Positions 25,666-36,420 of a DNA stretch of 64,000 nt are shown here, one piece after another. A model generated the notes under the pieces. It searched no databases and was not told where the DNA came from. It saw only the letters and a program-made list of their open reading frames with translations. The stretch is from Klebsormidium nitens (Eukaryota > Plantae > Klebsormidiophyceae). The position numbers and the translations under genes are program-made. The stretch lies in the NCBI GenBank assembly GCA_000708835.1, contig DF237094.1, positions 109,045-173,044 on the forward strand, in the 5' to 3' direction. Numbering within the stretch: position 1 is the stretch's first letter; the number at the start of each line of letters is the position of its first letter.

Positions 25666-26703
25666 ATGGCATCCACATTTGCATTGCACAGCAAAGCCGG
25701 AGCCTGCTGGTGGGCCAGAAAGTTGTCGAGTTTGGGTGGTGGTGGTGGTGCTTCGGGTGCAGCAGCCCAAAATGTGCGGCCCATGCTTGTTGTCAGATCA
25801 AGTAGCCACGTGCGGCAGAACGGGATTGGCTGTGTTGTGAATTGCAAAACCCCCATTGTGAGCGGTGGACGGGGAAGGGCTGTGATATCAGTAGATGAAG
25901 ACCAGTTTTTCCCCGCTGCAGTAGCAGTATCTGGTGGGCAGTTGGTTCGGAGAAGGGCGCAAGCTGCTGCAAAGGGGGCCGCTGAAATGCCTGGTGTAGA
26001 ATCTGCCGGTATTGAAAAGAGGACGTCGGTAAACCAAAGCAAATTGTGTCCAGAGTGTCAGCATTCCAAGCTGTTGATAGACTTTGAAAAGACAGTCACG
26101 AGCATGGATGGGCGCACTGACTTGTGCCGAGCGTGCATGGCTGTGTTCCGGGCGAAAAGCATGCAGAAAGAGCTGCATCACTTAGGGCTGAGTGTGGCAG
26201 AGGCGTGGGAGCGGGCCAAAGCTTGTGCAAAATGTGGGCTTTCAAAGGAACTAAGGGACTTCGCACGAAATTCTGGGCGCAAGGATCAGACGCAAGGTTA
26301 CTGCAGGGCCTGCCAGTCTGCATCGCAAGCTGCTTTGTTGCGGTCAGCTCCAACGGTTCAGCCAATGCGGTGCCGCCGTTGTGAGGAGGTCAAAGATGCT
26401 GATGAGTTCAGTATACATCCAAGAAGTCCACTTGGGCGTCAAAGTGATTGCAAAAGTTGCGACAAGGCCAGGTTGGTGCAGATCAGGCAGAGAAGGAGGA
26501 GTGAAAAAGTTCACCTTCCAAGGAGGGCAAAGAAGTGTATTGCCTGCGGCAAGCAGAAACAAGCATGCGAGTTTTACGCCAATACTGTAGCATTGGATGG
26601 GCTGGCAAATGCATGTAGCTCATGTTCGCGCGCTGCTGAGAAGAAGCGTTACAAGGTGCACAAGCAGAGTGGGTTACAGAAGCAGGCGTCAACAGAGCGA
26701 TGA
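25666..26703 (+). CDS. Intronless 345-aa protein with four C-x2-C-x3-K-x4-F-x13-C-x2-C zinc fingers and a transit-peptide-like N-terminus
   Basis: Fingers: CPECQHSKLLIDFEKTVTSMDGRTDLCRAC; CAKCGLSKELRDFARNSGRKDQTQGYCRAC; CRRCEEVKDADEFSIHPRSPLGRQSDCKSC; CIACGKQKQACEFYANTVALDGLANACSSC. N-terminus MASTFALHS..., Ala/Ser/Gly/Arg-rich with no acidic residues for ~75 aa. Confidence 0.85.
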   Translation: MASTFALHSKAGACWWARKLSSLGGGGGASGAAAQNVRPMLVVRSSSHVRQNGIGCVVNCKTPIVSGGRGRAVISVDEDQFFPAAVAVSGGQLVRRRAQAAAKGAAEMPGVESAGIEKRTSVNQSKLCPECQHSKLLIDFEKTVTSMDGRTDLCRACMAVFRAKSMQKELHHLGLSVAEAWERAKACAKCGLSKELRDFARNSGRKDQTQGYCRACQSASQAALLRSAPTVQPMRCRRCEEVKDADEFSIHPRSPLGRQSDCKSCDKARLVQIRQRRRSEKVHLPRRAKKCIACGKQKQACEFYANTVALDGLANACSSCSRAAEKKRYKVHKQSGLQKQASTER

Positions 26704-27129
26704 TGTTTGGGAGCTCTCGCTCTCTTAACTCAGATAATGCTTCCGGCTTGGAGCAAGTGATTCTCCAGGGCTCGGGCGGAATGCCCAGAAGTTTCTGGGC
26801 CTGGCCGGCGTGAATGATCAAAGTGCCTACTCCATAGGAGAGCCCACTTTCTTTGAGGTTTGCACTCTAGCTGCCGGGTGCGAGCGAGCTGTTGAACGAG
26901 GTGTCCCCTTGGGATATCACTGGGCGTCTCAGGTGAGCAACGTACTCGGGAAAGACTTCACGTTTCTTCCCCCTCTTTGTTTCTTCAGATTCAGCTCATA
27001 CTGCTGATGTTTTCAAACTCTAAGGGCTTGCCAATTGACAACAACTGTAGTAACAGTCGTCTCGGTCAATGATGCAGTTTTATTGGTTGACCAAAGGTTC
27101 TAGGGGTTTGTGAGAAATAGCTCCAGTCC

Positions 27130-29800
27130 TTACACGACGTGACAGCCACTCCTTTGGAATCGTGAGCCATAGTTGGTTTCTTCCGAGTTCCAGTTCAGGT
27201 ATGCCGTTGCGTGCGCAGCGCTTTGCGTGCCGCTGCCACAGCGGAACTGCGCAATGCCTCTGTCACTATCAGCCCCGGACTTTGGACGATGTAAATTTCG
27301 ATGGTTTTCTTGAATAGAGGTCCGGCATACTCTGTTGCATGCACAGACCAGTGCACAGAGAGCATGCCGTAGAAGAAGTGAGGCACACAGAGACGCAAGC
27401 CTTTTCGGGTCACTGAGGAAACCGTCTGGAGCTTCCCTTGCAGTTGGGCTATCTTTCCTGCACTTAACAACGTTCCCTTTTGTTTTCCATTTCAGCTGCG
27501 GTTTACCCTGGTGCGAACCGCTTTGGCCTGAAGGAGTCAAGACAGCGTCGGCATCTGCGCTCTCCGTGACAGCAGTGGCTGTTGCAGCGGTGGCCAGCGC
27601 CGCGCCTAGTTCGTCCTAGGCAGACCTTGGCAGCAGCCCCGACCGAATCAAGTTCTCTCCGCAGGTCAGAGGAAGCCACAAATCAAGCTTGTTGCTTTGC
27701 GGCTGACCTTTCTGTGCTATGATCGGGTTAAGGCCGCACAGCGAAGTGACGCCGGAATCCACTAAAATCTGAACTGAGTTGAAATTCTAGTCAGGCAGCT
27801 ATGTGCATAGACTCACGACCCTATTCCTCTCGAGAAGTGCGCCTTGAAAGGCAACCCCATCTATGTCGAATGGCGAGCTTCGCAGCGGCCAGCTTCAGCA
27901 CCCTCTCGAGCTTCTGTTTCATTTTCAAGGCACATTTGCTTCTGGCATTTTGTCGCTGCTCTCGGTTTTTTGATCTCACTTCCTCTTGTACAGGAGCATG
28001 CTGTTGCGGGCGACTCTGTGTTGAACCTGTACGACCCGATCCGCCAGCCGCTTCCAGGCGCTCCTTCCGCAGTTTGTTCGGAGGCACAACAGAACACCTT
28101 TTCTCACACACCATCGCCGCAGTCCCGGGCCTGCGGGAGCTTCCTCTTCAAGACGATAGCGCGGCTGCTCTTTTCCACCCAAGCGTAAGCACAGCCGCCG
28201 CTTTGGCGGTCACTCCTTGTTTTATGTACGTTGCCGTCTGGCTTTATGTTCTATCATGCTGAGACCACCTTCAACTTGTCTTGCGTCTTGGGCTGCATGT
28301 CGGTGTTTTTAAACTTTTAATCAAGTCCAGACACTGTGGTTTGGAGAGTATGGGGGAGAGTATGGGGGTTACAAGATTGATGCACCACTTGTCATGTCCA
28401 ACGATGCACTTCTTCGTCGGATAAAAGGTCTTGGAAATCTTTCTAAAAAGCCTGCGGTCTAGACCTTTCTTCCTGGGCACACGTTCAACGTAGTCCAACA
28501 GAGCGCTTAGTAATTGCTTGCCTTTTTCCGCTAATTTTTACTGTGCCTGGTCAGCCAATTTGTGTCGCATCCGGCAGTGATTAAGCCTAACGACACTCTT
28601 AGTTTCGCATCATTTAGTCGTAAGCCTAGCAATACTCTTGAGAAATCAACGCGGCATAAGGTGCCCTCCTTCAAAACAGCCTTCTCTTTTGAAAGACCCA
28701 ATCTTGCTTTCGGTTCAACTAGGCGTTTTCGACACTGTCGTTTGACCTTGTCCGTCACAGAAGTGCGTTTGGCTCCGATGTTTCTGTTCCATGTGCATCA
28801 GATCTTACAGCTTCTTCATAGCAAACCAACGGCTTAACAACGGTTGTGAATTCATATTTTTTCGCAGTCTATGAGCACAGAAACGTTGATCAGACCAAGC
28901 CTTCCGAGAGAATAAATTTGGCTTGACGAAAGCTCCCATACAGATGCAGGAGTTTTTGTTTCAGCAGGTTGGGAGAAGAAGCCTTCTGGGTGAAAGCTTT
29001 CGCTGCGCATTGAATATTCGGATGGTCGCCTATTTCCAGTTCGCAGGACACGAGATTGGGCGACCAGCTGTCGACCCCTGGCGGCGGGCATCTTCACGGT
29101 TGAAGACCAACAGTCTTGTGCCGAAGGGAATCGTAAGCGCATACGTCTCCTCTCACCTTCGTTTTGCGCCTCTACTTCTTTCTCGGTCGTCATGAACCTG
29201 GCTGGTCGTTCGTATAATTCTTATGGCGTCTCCAAAACCTAGCAGGTGTTAAGAGTTTCTTAAAGAAAAAGACAGAAGGAGAAATGTCCACTGCCAACCA
29301 GGTTGGAGTATCTCGAGCAACCGTGTATGTTGACCTGCGTGTGCGATCTGGACTAAGTGTTTGGATTTAACAGCGATGCAATGGTTGCTTTCTTTGTACA
29401 TGACCTCGTGGGAAGCACCACTTGTGAAGACAGCATCTTTTAGACCTCAGGATCGATCAGAGTGTCCTCTTCGTGGTCTCCGTGTGTTTGCAGCAAATTG
29501 CTGATCTCTCTTCCCGTGTTGATACGCTTTCAGAGGTCTTCTTCAGGATTGTTGGTGTCCTACCTTCCCTTCCTGCCAGATTGGCAGTCTCTTTTACTGT
29601 GGCCGCTTCTTAAAAGCTTCGATTACTGGGTGTTGTTTTTTATCACTTCAAACCGTGTGGGCTGTTATTTAAGTGTTAAAGGACTGTTCGTCTCCTGTTT
29701 GCAGTGTATCATTGTTTTGGCCATCCACTCGTTCTCAGCAGTGGGCTCTGACTATCGACCCAAATACTGTCTGCTCAATGTACTCCGACAGAACTGTGCT
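27130..29800 (-). pseudogene. Long decayed, apparently intronless reading frame of unknown family (unit 1)
   Basis: ORF pieces 28271-28498 and 27821-28114 are in the same frame, separated only by stops. Flanking pieces 28531-28758, 28852-29193 and 27130-27540 are frameshifted. LDY(V/I)ERVPRKK..VGHD(K/N)WCI and SHE(V/I)MY..QIA.AGQHTRLLE are shared with unit 2. Confidence 0.45.
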
Positions 29801-29846
29801 TCTCAGTGATTCGCTTACTCGCTACTTGCCCTCTGTGTCTCCGCAG

Positions 29847-29933
29847 GTTCTCCGTGGCCCCTATCATAAATGCGTCACATGCTCGACCACGTCACGACCG
29901 CCGATCTGTCCTTGAGTTCTGCTCAATCCTCAG
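29847..29933 (+). pseudogene. Orphan exon remnant (intact 88-nt paralogue at 35414-35501)
   Basis: Both copies have a tctccgcag acceptor and a cag|gtcag donor. The unit-2 copy reads VIRGPFHECVLMLDHVITADLPATADQYS; the unit-1 copy has a 1-nt deletion. Confidence 0.4.
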
Positions 29934-30500
29934 GTCAGTTCGCTTTGCCACGTGGCATCCTTTGCGCGAGTCATCTCGGCCTACATCCTAGCTTGTTCCT
30001 TTCTTGTAACCTCGACTTCGCCGCTTTCTTGTGGACGGAAACGGACAGGACTTTAAGGGTCAAGGTGTATGGAGTAACTTAACAGGTTCCTAGCAATTCG
30101 AGACGAGCTCGAAGGAAAGATATGGCAGTAGCTTTTCGGCTCTCGACAATAGCCGAGTTGGAGATATCTGACGCCGAAGCATTTTCAGTTTAAACTTGGA
30201 TTCAACAGGTCCGAACGAAGCTGCTTTTCAACGTACGTCCCTCGCATTTTGCGTCATAGATATGATTTCGGACTTAGCTTTCACTCTATCTACTTGTGAA
30301 GTCACCTCTGCCCGTCTATCTGCATGCAGAATCCTACTGCCGGACCAACAAGAGTTCTGGAATCCGCTTCTAGCCTCTTCCTTGTGACGTCACCTCGGCC
30401 CGTCTGATTCCTTTGCAGAGTCCTGGATCGGGTCACTACATACGCCCGAAGTCCAGCTTCTCTGCGTGACGTCACCTCTGTCCGTTTCTTCTCTTCGCAG

Positions 30501-30664
30501 AGGACGATAAGGCCCCTGTCGAGGAGCAGGCTGCGGCCGACAAGGGGCGCTACACGGAAGCCCTGCGCAATACGAAAAGAACAAGAAGCAAGAGCCCGCG
30601 CCGGTGGAGGGATCCGATGAAGAAGAGGAAGAAGACCACTGCGATCAGGAAGAAATATTGCTGA
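30501..30664 (+). pseudogene. Frameshifted duplicate of SSRP1 terminal exon (unit 2)
   Basis: ttcgcag|aggacgataaggccc...gacaaggggcgctac matches 24447. A 1-nt deletion (gccctgcgcaatacg versus gcccttgcgcagtacg) shifts the frame. The 3'UTR copy follows. Confidence 0.9.
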
Positions 30665-32061
30665 CAGTATGAGCACTATCAGCTTGTGGATCTGACGCCC
30701 TGCGGTTGTACGTTTGGACAGCTAATATCTCGAGTACTTGCCCTTCAATCAAGTCGCGCCCGGAGGATTGATACTTTTTGCATGCGATTCGGATTCTTAC
30801 TGCATGGGGTTCTTGTGTGTTCTACGTCCTGGGCGACGAGAGCCTTGGGAGTTCTATCAGAGCTAAACTGAAGCACAATCTGTTTGGTACGTCATGCTGC
30901 AGAGGGTGCACGTCTCGCCTTGACACTGTTTGTCAAGTCGCCGATTGAAAGACCGTGGTCGTCCATGCTAAGTAGCTTGGGCAGTCGCTTTTGCCAGTTT
31001 CTAAGCAACATTTCTGGGTGCACGCTATTGTGGTATGCATGTTCAATTGAGCATACGCACTTCCGAGCTTTCCAATCAGAACTTTGTCGCGTGCAACTAT
31101 ACCCCTCAAGTATAAAGAAGTTTCCATAAAGCCAGATGCGCTGCATGGCCAGGGCGATGGACTATCTGAGGACAGAATGAATATGCATCATTGACCACAT
31201 AAGCTCGGACGGTCATATTGGCCCATAGATCCTACATTCTGAGCTCTGCTTGCCATCAGATCGATGGGCTCATGCTGCAACTATATATGAGGGCGGCTCC
31301 AATGGGCTGCGCATATCTAACCAGATCGATTGAGGTGTTTAAGTTATAGAAAGGAGCTGCACAATGCAACCGAAATCAATATATACTAGCTACTTTCTCG
31401 GAAACACTGCATATGGTCACCGGACATGGACGATCCAACCGGGTGGATTGCAAGGCTGTAATAGGTACGTATTGCCTTGATGCAATATATTCCGACCTGC
31501 ATGGCAAAAGAACAACGGATCAGAACCGCACACTTTTGGTCAACTGCCGTGTGGGCAGTTGACAATGGTTGTGCCAGCCGAGAGACGGACTGCAGTTAAA
31601 ATGGCGATCGATAGAGCTAGCGACGAGCTAGCCCTCGTGCATGCAGATTAGGGAGCCCCTTGAGAATCTCTTAGGAATCTGCCACAGCTGAGACGTCCAT
31701 GGTTGCCGGCATTGATTTTGGGTCGGCATATGTGGTTGACAACGTTGCACATTTCCGAAACCCATCGTACGACTTGAAGGGCTGGATTTGAAAACCTTCC
31801 CACACCGATCAACGGTTCCGATCTTTCGTAGTCGGACCCACGAGTGCTCCTACTTCGTAGGTCTGGACTCTGGAGTGGTGTATGCATTCCGCCGCAACAC
31901 ACTGACCGGAATCCGTCAGTATTTTTGGAATGCACCAGACCTCTCGTCTTTGAAGTCCGAAGCTTCTCTAGAGTCTAGGCTGTACATTGTCACATCAGCA
32001 GCACGAGCTAGGCTGCTTGCCAAGCAAGTCAAGCGCCACGTCTGCGGGTCTGGTGAAAACA

Positions 32062-33105
32062 ACGGCATTTGCAAGTGGGGTGCACAGCAAAGCTGCAGCC
32101 TGCGGGTGGGCAAACAAGCTGTCGAGTTTGGATGGTGGTATTTCGGGCGCAGCAGCCCAGAATGTGCGGCCCATGCTTCTTGTCTCATCAAGTAGCCACA
32201 ATGCAGTCGGCTGCATTTTGAACCGTAAGACACCCGTTTTGGGCGGTGGAAGGGGTGCGATACGAAGGGCTGTGATATCAGTAGATAAGGACCAGTTTTT
32301 CTCCGCTGCAGTAGCTATATCTGGTGGGCAGTTGATTCGGAAAAGGGCGCAAGCCGCTGCAAAGGGGGCCGGTGAAGTGCCTGGTGTACAATTAGCTGCC
32401 GGTATTGAAAAGAGTACGTCGGAAAATCAATGCAAAATATGCCCAGAGTGTGAGCATTCCAAGCTGTTGATAGATTTTGAAAAGACAGTCACGAGCGTGG
32501 ACGGGCGGACTGACCTGTGCCGCGCGTGCATGGCTGTCTTTCGGGCGAAAAGCATGCAGAAAGAGCTGCATCACTTGGGGATGAGTGTGACAGAGGCATG
32601 GGAGAGGGCCAAGGCTTGTAAGAAGTGTGGGCTCATAAAGGAGCTGAGGGATTTTGCCAGGTCTTCTACGCGTAAGGATCAGACGCACTCTTACTGCCGG
32701 GCCTGCCTCTCGGCGTGGCATGCTACTCGGCCGCGGTCAGCCCCAACAGACCAACCGTTGCAGTGCAACCATTGTGGGGAAGTCAGAGCTGCTGATTGGT
32801 TCGATCTGAATCCAAGGAATTCAACTGGGCGTCATGAAATCTGCAAAGTTTGCAAGTATGAGAAAAAAACCCTCGGGAGACAGAAAAGGAGGAAGACAGG
32901 GGTCTATCTTCCAAGGATACGAAAGAGATGCAATGCCTGCGGCGAGCAAAAACGGGCGTGCGAATTCTACCTTGACAGTGCAGCCGTGGATGGGCTATTG
33001 AATCAATGCAGCTCATGTGTGCAAGTTGCAGAGCGGAAGCGTTACGAGTTGCGCAAGCAACGGGGGGTGCAGAAAGGCAGGCTTCAGCAGAGTGATGGTG
33101 TTTGA
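32062..33105 (+). CDS. Paralogous four-zinc-finger protein. The ancestral ATG is ACG (32062); first in-frame ATG at 32173
   Basis: Uninterrupted ORF with all 16 finger Cys retained. Fingers 1-2 are nearly identical to 25666-26703; fingers 3-4 have diverged (CNHCGEVRAADWFDLNPRNSTGRHEICKVC; CNACGEQKRACEFYLDSAAVDGLLNQCSSC). acaATGgcat in unit 1 is acaACGgcat here. Confidence 0.8.
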   Translation, partial: TAFASGVHSKAAACGWANKLSSLDGGISGAAAQNVRPMLLVSSSSHNAVGCILNRKTPVLGGGRGAIRRAVISVDKDQFFSAAVAISGGQLIRKRAQAAAKGAGEVPGVQLAAGIEKSTSENQCKICPECEHSKLLIDFEKTVTSVDGRTDLCRACMAVFRAKSMQKELHHLGMSVTEAWERAKACKKCGLIKELRDFARSSTRKDQTHSYCRACLSAWHATRPRSAPTDQPLQCNHCGEVRAADWFDLNPRNSTGRHEICKVCKYEKKTLGRQKRRKTGVYLPRIRKRCNACGEQKRACEFYLDSAAVDGLLNQCSSCVQVAERKRYELRKQRGVQKGRLQQSDGV

Positions 33106-33669
33106 GAGCTTGGGCTCTTTTGCCTCATCCTAGTTGGAGCAAGTGGATCCCCAGGGCCTTTCACTCATGCTGCAATCAAATACAGCGCCCGCTCTGTCTA
33201 CGGGCTACTGCAGGTTTGCAAACTGGTCTAGCTGGCAGGTGGAAGCGGTTGTGAGAAGTGTATATGGGGGTGGAGGGAACATCAGGAGGCGCGTCAATGA
33301 TGGCTGCACAACTAGAGTGGGATAAGATGTTTACGTTACAGGGCGGCGAAGAATATGTCGGAGGGGGGGGGTCCAGGAGGGGACTCGGGGGGTGGCGGAA
33401 CGCTCACTAATAGGGGCTGATCGGGCGGGAGAGTTGAGGGGGGGGGGTGTCTGAGCAAGGTGTCCTTCGCCGAGGTAGGAGTTTGCAGCACTCTTGCTCA
33501 AGTATCGTTTATGGCCTGGCGCTGCAAATATGGAACATATGTCTTAACCACACCACTAGTCTGAGTACTCTTTAAGTAACCCACTTAGTAACCGACTGCT
33601 CTTGCGGAACCTGGTTTGGCAGGCACTGGGCAGCAGCTTGGGTGCTTGGCATAGGGCAGGGGTCGCTGT

Positions 33670-33810
33670 TCATGACACTACATTGCAGCTGGTTGAGCCG
33701 TTGAAGATGGCCGCCTGGCCGAATGTCAATGCGGTGTTCTGCTGAAACATCGTCAGCGCCTTGTACAGGTTGGTCATCGCGTCGTTGGCCTCAGACGTGC
33801 CGAAGTCTCG
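33670..33810 (-). pseudogene. Captured 3'-terminal coding fragment of an unrelated gene inside a unit-2-specific segment (~33155-33890)
   Basis: GC3-rich 47-codon frame RDFGTSEANDAMTNLYKALTMFQQNTALTFGQAAIFNGSTSCNVVS* with no counterpart in unit 1. Confidence 0.35.
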
Positions 33811-33899
33811 CGAGCTTTACTAACAGGGCGATGCCCTGAAACATTATCGAGGTGTTTCGGGTGAGCAGGGAATTTGGAAAAGGACTGAGAAGGTGATTG

Positions 33900-35400
33900 C
33901 TTCTCCCTTTTCTTGTCTCTTCATAACTTCAATCGTCTCCTGACACTGTAGCTTGGAAAGTATAGGGGTTACAGAATGATGCACCAGTTGTCATGTCCAA
34001 CTTTTTCATCGTATGAAAGGTCTTTACTAGTTATCTTTAAAAAGTGGCTGCGGTTTGAATATTTCTTCCTGGGCACACGTTCAATGTAGTCCAATAGAAC
34101 GATGATCGATTGCTTGCTTTTCTCCGCTATGTTCTTCTGTTTCTTTTCAGCCACTGTTCTGTTGCATCCGTCGTTCTCTGAGCCCAACAACGCTCCAGAG
34201 GGGCCAATGCGACAGAAGACGCCTTCTTTTCAGAATTGGCATTCTATCGATAATGTTCAATTTTGCCCTTGATTCAATCCGACCCAAATTTCGACACTGT
34301 CGTTTGCCCTTGTCCTTCCCGGAAGTGCGTTTGTCTCGTGCGAAGTTTCAGTTCCACGTGCATCAGGTGTTTGGAGTTTCTTAAAGCAAACGGCTTTACG
34401 GCTGTCATTTTTTATGATCTTTGCTGCCTTTAAGCACAGAAACATATGCCACACCAAGCAGTCCGAGAGAATGTTTCTGACTGGATGGGAGCTCTAATTT
34501 AGATGCAGGAGCTTGAGTTTCAGCAGGTTGAAGAAAGAAGCTTCTGGTCGACAGGTTTCGCTGTGCACTCAGCGTTCTGAAGGTTAAGAAGGTCGCCTTT
34601 TTCTCGACTTGCAGGACACGGGATTGGGGCGACCAGCTGTCGGCCCCTGGCGGGGGGCGTCTTTACGTTAGATAACAGCGAAGACCGACAGCCTCGTGCC
34701 AAAGGGGGAACGTAAGCGCGGACGTCTTCTTTGACCCTCGTTTCGCACCTTTATTCGATTCCCGGACGTCTGCAATTCTTGCCCCGGTGTCCGAATCATT
34801 CTTATAGCGTCTTCGAAAATTCATCAGGCGGTCAAGACCTTGTTGAATACAAAGACAAAAAATACGAGTCCGCTGCCAACTTTGGAAGGTTTCAAGCAAG
34901 CGTGTATGTTGACCTGCGATTGCGATCTGGGCCATGTTATTGGATTCATAGAACTGATGTAAACGGTTAATTTCGTTGTACATGATCTCGTGGGAAGCGC
35001 AGAGGGCACCACTTGTGGGCAAAGCACCATTTCGCCGACCTCAGAATCGCCCGGAGTTTCCTGTTCGTGGCCTCTTTTTGTTGTTGTTTTGTCTTCCCGT
35101 GTTGGCGACGTTCAGAGGTCTTCTTTGGGCCTTGCCACTGTCCCACCTTTACTTCCTGTTTGTTTTACTGTGGCTGCTTCCCAGAGCTCCAATCACTGGG
35201 TGTTCTCTTTGACCACTTCAAACCGTGCGGGCTGCTACTCAACTGTTGGAGGGAACTTTTGCCTCCTTGTTGCAGTCTGTCATTGTTTTGAACACCCACT
35301 CGTTTTGCAGTCGGCTCTGACTATCAACCCACAGACTGTCTGTTCAAGTTGCTGCAACGAGACTTTGCTTTTAGTGCTTCGCTCACTTGGTGCCGGCCCC
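33900..35400 (-). pseudogene. Second copy of the decayed reading frame (unit 2), lacking the 3' half
   Basis: Collinear with ~28300-29830; multiple stops and frameshifts; includes ORF pieces 33969-34190 and 34663-35022. Confidence 0.45.
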
Positions 35401-36106
35401 TGTTTCTCCGCAGGTTATCCGTGGCCCCTTCCATGAATGCGTCCTCATGCTCGACCACGTCATAACCGCCGATCTGCCCGCGACTGCTGATCAATACTCA
35501 GGTCAGGCCGCTAAGTTGCCACGTGGCACTGCCCTTCGTGGTTAATTCGGTCTCTTAGCTGGCTTGTTGCTTTGCTCGCAAGTTTTAGTTGCCACTTTCT
35601 TGAGGACGATCTGTCAAGCACAGTTTAGAAAGCGATCATGATTTTCCAAGACTCAAAAATCGCATGGAGTAGATTGATAGGGCGGATGGCAACTTGACAC
35701 GAGCTCAAAGGAAGAGATCAGGGCAGTAGCTTCTCGTCCCTTGGCAATACCCTAGTCGGAGATGTTTGACGCCAAAGCGCGTACAGTTCATATTTGAGAC
35801 CGACGGGATCCCGATCAAGCTGAAATTTACCTTCAAATCCCTCGCATTCTACGCGGTAGGTGTGATCCCACATGTAGGCGAAGGTAGCTCTAACTCTTGT
35901 GACATTACCGCTGCCCGTCTATGCCCTCGCAGAGACCTGGATTCGGTGCACATGAGTGAAAGGTCCGCTTCTTGCTTATGACCCGTAACGTCACCTTTGC
36001 CCGGCTGATTCCTTCACATTGTCCTGCATCTCATCCTACATACGCCCGAAATCCACTGTCAGCTTATCTATATGACGTCAGCTCTGACCGTCTGTTTTTC
36101 TCGCAG

Positions 36107-36420
36107 AGAACGATAAGGCCCTTACTACGAAGAGCAGGCCGCGGCTGAGGATGGCCGCTTCAAGGAGGCCGTGCCAGTACGTCAATGACAAGAAGCAAGG
36201 GCCGGCGCCGATTGAGGAATTAGAGGGAGGAAAGAAAGATTTGGACAGCGACTTAACAGACACGTGACTGACCGTACGAACGCTAAATCAGCCTGTTGAT
36301 TGCCACCCTGCTGATCGCATGAGACACTAGTCTCGACCATTGAGTCGTCTTTCGGACGTTGGGTCCGGCAATCTGAACTGGGTTGCATGCGAATCGGGTC
36401 CTCGAATGTATGAGGTTCTT
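36107..36420 (+). pseudogene. Third, most decayed copy of SSRP1 terminal exon plus 3'UTR
   Basis: tctcgcag|agaacgataaggcccttactacgaagagcaggccgcggc...aagaagcaag; gcatgcgaatcgg(g/t) shared with 24728. Confidence 0.85.

Larger units (their letters stand above)
24405..36420. repeat. Tandem segmental duplication, period about 5.6-6.1 kb: unit 1 ~24405-30290, unit 2 ~30290-35890, truncated unit 3 ~35890-36420
   Basis: The SSRP1 last-exon start recurs at 24447, 30501 and 36107 together with its 3'UTR. Zinc-finger ORFs at 25666 and ~32062. 28300-30200 aligns with 33900-35800 (e.g. gatgcacca(c/g)ttgtcatgtccaac, cctgggcacacgttcaa, tgctcgaccacgtca). Confidence 0.92.
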
